DNA of 64,000 nucleotides. It comes from an uncultured Chloroflexia bacterium (lineage in GTDB: Bacteria > Chloroflexota > Anaerolineae > Anaerolineales > Villigracilaceae). The position numbers and the translations under genes were made by a program. Below, piece after piece: positions 58,931 through 64,000 of this stretch. Location of the stretch: positions 12,815 through 76,814 of the forward strand of contig CAVZGY010000010.1 of assembly GCA_963774975.1 (NCBI GenBank). Reading direction: 5' to 3'. The notes under the pieces were generated by a model. The model made no database searches. It was not told the DNA's origin and was given only the letters and a program-made list of their open reading frames with translations. Every line of letters starts with the position of its first letter. The first letter of the stretch is position 1.

Positions 58931-60274
58931 ATGGTAGCAACTATGAGCGCTACCACACTATCCAACCCCCAGACGCAGGCGCGCATCCTGATTGTCGATG
59001 ACCATCCCGGCACGGCAAGGACGCTCGGGCGCGCCATCTCCCAGCTCGGACCGGGCATCGAGGTCATCGCCGCCATTGGCGGCAAGGATGCCTTGAATCA
59101 GGTCAAGGACCTGCCCGTGGACCTGCTGATCACCGACATGATGATGCCCGATATGAACGGACTGGAGTTGATCGAAAAACTCCGCCAGCACCCCGGCGGG
59201 CGCCCCTCCTATAACATCTTGATCACCGCCTACGATGTGCCCGGCTTGAGGGAAATGGCACAGCGGCTGAAGGTGAATGAGACTCTGATCAAGCCGATTC
59301 CCCCCGAACAGATCTGCCAGGTGGTGAGCCGGCATCTGGAGGATATGAGGAAATCGCAGGGCACGAGCCAGGTCTATCCCTCCGGGAATGCGTTCAAGAT
59401 CCTGGTCGCGGATGACATGCCGGACAATGTGTCCCTGCTTGCGCGCTACCTGAACGATAAAGGTTATGAATTGTTGATGGCCAGCGACGGAGAGGAGACC
59501 CTGGAAGTCCTTCGCACTGAATTGCCGGATCTGGTACTGCTGGATGTCAACATGCCCAAGAAGGACGGCTTCGCAGTCCTGAGTGAGATGCGCTCCGATC
59601 CCAGGATCGCACACATCCCCGTGATCATCCTGACGGCGAACCGTCTCGACTCCACGGATGTGCAGACCGGGCTGAACATGGGCGCGGACGATTACGTGAT
59701 GAAACCGTTCGACCGCCGCGAGCTGATGGCGCGCATCCAGACGAAGCTGCGGGTCAAGAGCGCCGAGGATGATATCCGGCGGCGTAACCGGGAAATGAAC
59801 GTGATGATGGAGATCGGGAATCTCTCCGCCATACGTCGTCCTCTGAATGAACTGTTGGAGGCGATCCTGGATGTGCTGGTGACAGGCATGGGGGCGAATG
59901 CCGGGTATATCTTGAATCCCGAAAAACCACTTTATAAGGCCTACCCCTACTCGTCGCCCAAGATCGAGAGCGGACGCGCGAATGAACTTATCCTTGAATT
60001 GAGTAAAACAGGCGGGCCGCTCATCATTAAGGATACCTCTGCCGGGGAACACTGGATGGCGAAGTGGAATGAAAAGGTTCATTCTGCTGCGGCTGCCCCG
60101 CTTGCGGACTGGCTGGGAGGTTCTCTTGGCTTGATCCTGCTGACTCATGAGCAGCCCGGTCACTTCAAACCAGAGCATGCTGCCTTGATCCAGGCGGTGG
60201 CAAACCAGATCGCGGCCGTGGTGGACCGGGCAGGCCTGTATGAGGCTCTGAAGGAAGAGAAAGTTAAGGCGTGA
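58931..60274 (+). CDS. response regulator with two REC domains and a C-terminal GAF-like domain
   Basis: ILIVDDH..DLLITDMMMPDMNG and ILVADDM..DLVLLDVNMPKKDG, then a GAF-like tail. The start is ATG 58931 or 58943. Confidence 0.8.
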   Translation: MVATMSATTLSNPQTQARILIVDDHPGTARTLGRAISQLGPGIEVIAAIGGKDALNQVKDLPVDLLITDMMMPDMNGLELIEKLRQHPGGRPSYNILITAYDVPGLREMAQRLKVNETLIKPIPPEQICQVVSRHLEDMRKSQGTSQVYPSGNAFKILVADDMPDNVSLLARYLNDKGYELLMASDGEETLEVLRTELPDLVLLDVNMPKKDGFAVLSEMRSDPRIAHIPVIILTANRLDSTDVQTGLNMGADDYVMKPFDRRELMARIQTKLRVKSAEDDIRRRNREMNVMMEIGNLSAIRRPLNELLEAILDVLVTGMGANAGYILNPEKPLYKAYPYSSPKIESGRANELILELSKTGGPLIIKDTSAGEHWMAKWNEKVHSAAAAPLADWLGGSLGLILLTHEQPGHFKPEHAALIQAVANQIAAVVDRAGLYEALKEEKVKA

Positions 60275-60281
60275 ACAGGAG

Positions 60282-61448
60282 ATGAATATGAAAAATCAAT
60301 ATCGCTTCAACGGGCGAAAATTACAATGGGCAGTCATCTGCCTCGTCGGAATTGCAGTGGTCATGACCGCTTGCAGTTCGCCGGCTGAGGCTTCCACACC
60401 CTCCCCGGTTCCGGTAGTGGAGACTCCAATCGTTCCCACCCCTGTGCCGTTATCGTTTAAAGAATTGTGGGAATCCTCTCCTCATGCCGACGACCAGGCC
60501 GAGGCTTTCAGACATTGGGACGAAGCAGATCCCCAGGAAATTCCCGCGATGTGTGCCCAATGCCACAGCAGACCAGGATTTCTGGATTTTCTTGGCGTGG
60601 ACGGGACAGCAGTCGATGTGGTGGACAGCCCCAAACCGATTGGGACAACGGTCACCTGTTATGTGTGCCACAACGAAGCGACCTATACCCTGGACAGCGT
60701 CACCTTTACTTCGGGCGAGTACATTGGCGGGCTTGGTGCGGAGGCGCGCTGCATCACCTGCCATCAGGGGCGCGGTTCGACCGAAACTGTTGACAATGCC
60801 ATTAATAAGCTGGAGTTGACCGAGGATGATGTTCCCAACGCGAGCCTGGCTTTTGTGAACAGCCATTCCACTTCGGCCGCCACCCCCTTTGGATCTGAAG
60901 TTCATGGCGCCTATGAATACGCCGGCAATTCCTACCATGGCCGGTTCAACCGTGGGGATGAATTCTTCGGCTGCACTCGCTGCCATGAACAGCACAGCCT
61001 CGAGCTGAAAATCGAAACCTGCAGTGAGTGTCACACCTTCGACGGCGTGGACCCCAAGAGTATTCGCGTCAACACAACCGACATCGATGGAGACGGGGAT
61101 TTTTCGGAAGGTATCTTTTACGAGGTGGAATATATTCAGTCCAAACTCCTTCAGGCAATCCAGGCTTATGCGAAGGATGTCGCAGGCGTGCCGATCGCTT
61201 ATGACCTGACCCTCCACCCTTATTTCTTCACAGACACCAATAGTAATGGCATTGTCGACCCGGAGGAAGCCGTAGCTGAGAATCGTTACCTCAGTTGGAC
61301 TCCGCGTCTGCTGAGGGCGGCCTACAACTATAACTACTCCGCTCACGACGAGGGCGCCTTTGCGCACAACAGCATTTACATCCTCCAGGTGCTGTATGAC
61401 AGCCTGGCTGATATCGGCGGGGAAACTTCTGGCATGACTAGGCCGTAA
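60282..61448 (+). CDS. pentaheme c-type cytochrome lipoprotein
   Basis: Lipobox VVMTAC. Five CxxCH motifs: CAQCH, CYVCH, CITCH, CTRCH, CSECH. Confidence 0.8.
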   Translation: MNMKNQYRFNGRKLQWAVICLVGIAVVMTACSSPAEASTPSPVPVVETPIVPTPVPLSFKELWESSPHADDQAEAFRHWDEADPQEIPAMCAQCHSRPGFLDFLGVDGTAVDVVDSPKPIGTTVTCYVCHNEATYTLDSVTFTSGEYIGGLGAEARCITCHQGRGSTETVDNAINKLELTEDDVPNASLAFVNSHSTSAATPFGSEVHGAYEYAGNSYHGRFNRGDEFFGCTRCHEQHSLELKIETCSECHTFDGVDPKSIRVNTTDIDGDGDFSEGIFYEVEYIQSKLLQAIQAYAKDVAGVPIAYDLTLHPYFFTDTNSNGIVDPEEAVAENRYLSWTPRLLRAAYNYNYSAHDEGAFAHNSIYILQVLYDSLADIGGETSGMTRP

Positions 61449-61501
61449 GCGCGTGAAAGTGAGCAACCTGTGAATAAAAGCGTTACAGCTTCAATCAAAG
61501 G

Positions 61502-63007
61502 ATGTGCAGCATGAGATGGTGGCAAAATCAGGGACTTAACTTCAAGGTCGCTGTGGGTATTGCGCTCACGATGGTGCTGGTCCTGGGAGCCGTGTTTTTT
61601 GTCCTTTCCCGCCATTTCAGGACGGTGATGTGGGACAGCGAGATTCAGAAGATCCAGACCATCAACTCCGTTGCCGAGACAATGTTGGTCGACGCCATGA
61701 TGACCGGGAACAAGTCGGTCATCCAGGATGCGCTCGAAAGACTGGGCAGGAATGTGGCCAACCAGCAGTTATACAGTATCGCGGTTTACGATGATGATTA
61801 TGCCCTCACGTCATTCGCCTCCGGTTTTCCCGGGGGGCAGGCCATCCCAAAAGAAAGCATGCCTTCCAGTGAGGAGGATCCTTCCTGCTGGGGTTGTCAT
61901 CAGCTTTCCGCAGCGGAACGTCCCGCCTTTCTGGCAGTGACTGTGGGCGGGCGCGACATCATCCGCAACTCGGTGCCTCTATATAACGAGGAACGCTGCC
62001 AGTCCTGTCACGGAACCGGCACGCACGTCCTGGGCGATATCATGGTGGACTACAGTCAGGATCAGTTCAAGCAGTCCTACAACACAGTCCTGCTGGGTCT
62101 TCTGGGCGGTATGGTGGCAGCCATCGGCCTGGTGGCATTGGTGATGTTTCAGGTCATGCGTCGCATCGTACTCAACCCCGTGGAAGAAATCGCCGAGGTG
62201 GCGGATTCGGTTTCGCGCGGCACCCTGGACCGCCAGATTCAGGTGCGCAGCAACGATGAGCTCGGCGTTCTGGGGCGTACGTTCAACAGCATGACCTCTC
62301 AGTTGCGCGACTTGATCGGTTCATTGGAACAGCGCGTGGCAGACCGGACAAAGGCGCTGAGAACATCCGCGGAGGTCAGCCGGCGGCTCTCGACCATTCT
62401 TGACCAGAAGGAATTGGTGAAGGAAGTGGTGGAGCAGGTACAGTCGGCTTTCAACTATTACCACGCGCATATTTACCTGGTGGACGAAACCAGCGGTGAC
62501 CTGATCATGGCTGGTGGAACAGGCGAAGCCGGCGCCACCCTGCTGGCGCGCGGTCACAAACTCCCCAAAGGCAAAGGCCTGGTGGGACGCGCAGCCGACA
62601 TCAATGCCATGGTGCTCGTGCCTGATACTTCCAAAAATCCGGACTGGCTGCCCAACCCCTTGCTGCCTGAGACCAAATCTGAGGTGGCCGTGCCCATCTC
62701 CATGGGAGAGCAGGTGCTGGGGGTCCTGGACGTGCAGCACAATATCGCTGATGGCTTGCAGCAGGAGGATGCAGACATGCTTGCCTCCATCGCCAGCCAG
62801 GTAGCCATCGCCCTGCAGAATACTTCTTCCTATGCGGAAGCCCAGCAAAGGGCCGAACGGGAGACTTTGATCGCATCCATCGGCCAGCAGATTCAGAGCG
62901 CCACCACCGTGGAAAGCGCTCTGCAAGTGGCAGTACGCGAGATCGGGCGTGCCTTGGGCCAACCAGCAAGTGTTAGACTGAAAACTACGGATGATCCTCA
63001 GGAATGA
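61502..63007 (+). CDS. membrane signalling protein: TM, periplasmic domain with two CxxCH motifs, TM, HAMP, GAF; no recognisable output domain
   Basis: CWGCH and CQSCH lie between two TM helices. The HAMP segment reads [24 protein letters not shown], followed by a GAF domain. The protein ends about 40 aa after the GAF. Confidence 0.8.
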   Translation: MCSMRWWQNQGLNFKVAVGIALTMVLVLGAVFFVLSRHFRTVMWDSEIQKIQTINSVAETMLVDAMMTGNKSVIQDALERLGRNVANQQLYSIAVYDDDYALTSFASGFPGGQAIPKESMPSSEEDPSCWGCHQLSAAERPAFLAVTVGGRDIIRNSVPLYNEERCQSCHGTGTHVLGDIMVDYSQDQFKQSYNTVLLGLLGGMVAAIGLVALVMFQVMRRIVLNPVEEIAEVADSVSRGTLDRQIQVRSNDELGVLGRTFNSMTSQLRDLIGSLEQRVADRTKALRTSAEVSRRLSTILDQKELVKEVVEQVQSAFNYYHAHIYLVDETSGDLIMAGGTGEAGATLLARGHKLPKGKGLVGRAADINAMVLVPDTSKNPDWLPNPLLPETKSEVAVPISMGEQVLGVLDVQHNIADGLQQEDADMLASIASQVAIALQNTSSYAEAQQRAERETLIASIGQQIQSATTVESALQVAVREIGRALGQPASVRLKTTDDPQE

Positions 63008-63026
63008 GGATAGGAGAGGGTGTAGT

Positions 63027-64000
63027 ATGAAGAAGCTTCTTTTTCTTCCGGATTTTCATGACGAAGACAAGCAACGTACCGGGCGATATCTCAATATCAT
63101 CATTTTGAGTGGAATTGGATTACTGTCCGTACTTCTTGTCTCTCGTCTCTTGCAAAGTTTCATCTTATCGCCCACAAATGTTCTGTTGTTGATTCTGGTG
63201 GGCATCCTGATCACGTTGCGTGTGCTTCTCCAGTTTGGTTATGTTCGTACAGCCAGCCTGATTCTCGTCACAATCACATGGGTTGCGATGACATATCAGG
63301 CATATTCCAACGATGGAGTTCGCGATGTCTCAATTGTGGCTTATGCTGTAGTCATCCTCATGACCAGTCTGCTGTTAGGCTGGCAATACAGTCTTCCATT
63401 CTTTGGATTGAGTGTTGCCGCGATGCTGATTATGGCCAATCAAGAGGTCAGGGGGCTTCGGGCGGTTTCATATGACACATCAATGAATACAGCTGTTGAC
63501 CTGATAGCCATTTATTCCTTGATAGTTGTCATGACCTATTTGCTCATCAGTGGATTGCAGAAATCAATAAAAAGTGCCAAAGCGTCATCTCAGGAACTCA
63601 GGATTGCAAACGATGAATTGCAGGCTTTTCAAGCACAACTCGAGCAGCGCGTGAATGAACGCACCAAGGCGCTGACAGCATCCACTGAAGTCAGCCGCCG
63701 CCTCTCGACCATCCTTGACCCGAAGCAACTCGTAAAGGAAGTAGTGGATCAGGTGCAGGACGCCTTTGATTTCTACCATGTACACATCTATTTACAGGAT
63801 GAAGCCAGCGGAGATCTGATCATGGCTGGCGGCACCGGTGAAGCTGGCGTCGCGATGCTTGCCCGCGGTCACAAAATATCCAAAGGCAGAGGCCTGGTCG
63901 GACATGCTGCAGAGGCAAATGCCCCTGTGCTCGTTCCGGACACTTCAAAAGATATAAACTGGCTTCCCAACCCCTTGCTTCCTGATACGAAATCGGAAGT
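63027..64000 (+). CDS. polytopic membrane GAF-domain signalling protein, 3' end outside the window
   Basis: Not in the ORF track because no stop is reached. ATG at 63027 follows AGGAGAGGG. About 5 TM helices, a coiled coil, then a GAF domain about 76% identical in residues to that of the preceding gene. Confidence 0.75.
   Translation, partial: MKKLLFLPDFHDEDKQRTGRYLNIIILSGIGLLSVLLVSRLLQSFILSPTNVLLLILVGILITLRVLLQFGYVRTASLILVTITWVAMTYQAYSNDGVRDVSIVAYAVVILMTSLLLGWQYSLPFFGLSVAAMLIMANQEVRGLRAVSYDTSMNTAVDLIAIYSLIVVMTYLLISGLQKSIKSAKASSQELRIANDELQAFQAQLEQRVNERTKALTASTEVSRRLSTILDPKQLVKEVVDQVQDAFDFYHVHIYLQDEASGDLIMAGGTGEAGVAMLARGHKISKGRGLVGHAAEANAPVLVPDTSKDINWLPNPLLPDTKSE

Noticed and set aside
1-64000. 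Search for CRISPR arrays, rRNA genes, transposases/IS elements, integrases, prophage or known defence-system genes
   Set aside because: I found none by reading both strands. The only repeat families seen are the R1-R3 relics, the CAGGTG cluster and the duplicated GAF module, all reported above. The radC relic next to the two tRNA-Ala genes has no accompanying integrase or direct repeats.

Overview
64-kb chromosomal segment of a high-GC bacterium. The Leu T-box leader, GAF-rich sensors, b6-type Rieske/cytochrome b genes and a DprE1/DprE2-like pair suggest a Chloroflexota/Anaerolineae-like organism, but that placement is a low-confidence inference. I call about 60 protein genes. Housekeeping genes include leuS, clpC, dnaE, holA, rsmI, surE, lipB and a PGI/PMI gene. 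There is a 2-oxoacid dehydrogenase operon (fused E1, E2, embedded methyltransferase and NUDIX genes, E3), two metallopeptidases and two AI-2E permeases. RNA and regulatory features are two tandem tRNA-Ala genes, a T-box(Leu) riboswitch, several clear intrinsic terminators and a recurring extended -10 promoter motif (TGnTAnnnT). I saw no rRNA, CRISPR array, transposase, integrase or phage gene. Four regions stand out. (1) At 36.4-42.3 kb, a b6-type Rieske/cytochrome b gene set has no c1/f gene; cytochrome b carries a CxxCH module at its N-terminus, and two NarI-like/4Fe-4S/CCG membrane proteins bracket the set, the downstream one overlapping the Rieske gene by 4 nt. (2) At 34.5-36.4 kb, an AT-rich array of three single-gene cassettes is punctuated by decayed copies of the last ~20 codons of a CCG-protein gene. 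(3) At 56-64 kb, a signalling cluster combines a GAF histidine kinase, two response regulators, a pentaheme lipoprotein and a HAMP-GAF protein whose periplasmic domain has two CxxCH motifs. (4) A DprE2/DprE1-like pair sits at 10.3-12.5 kb. Caveat: at least 15 single-base reading-frame breaks interrupt otherwise intact genes, including essential leuS and dnaE. This looks like assembly indel error, so gene boundaries for those genes are reconstructions.
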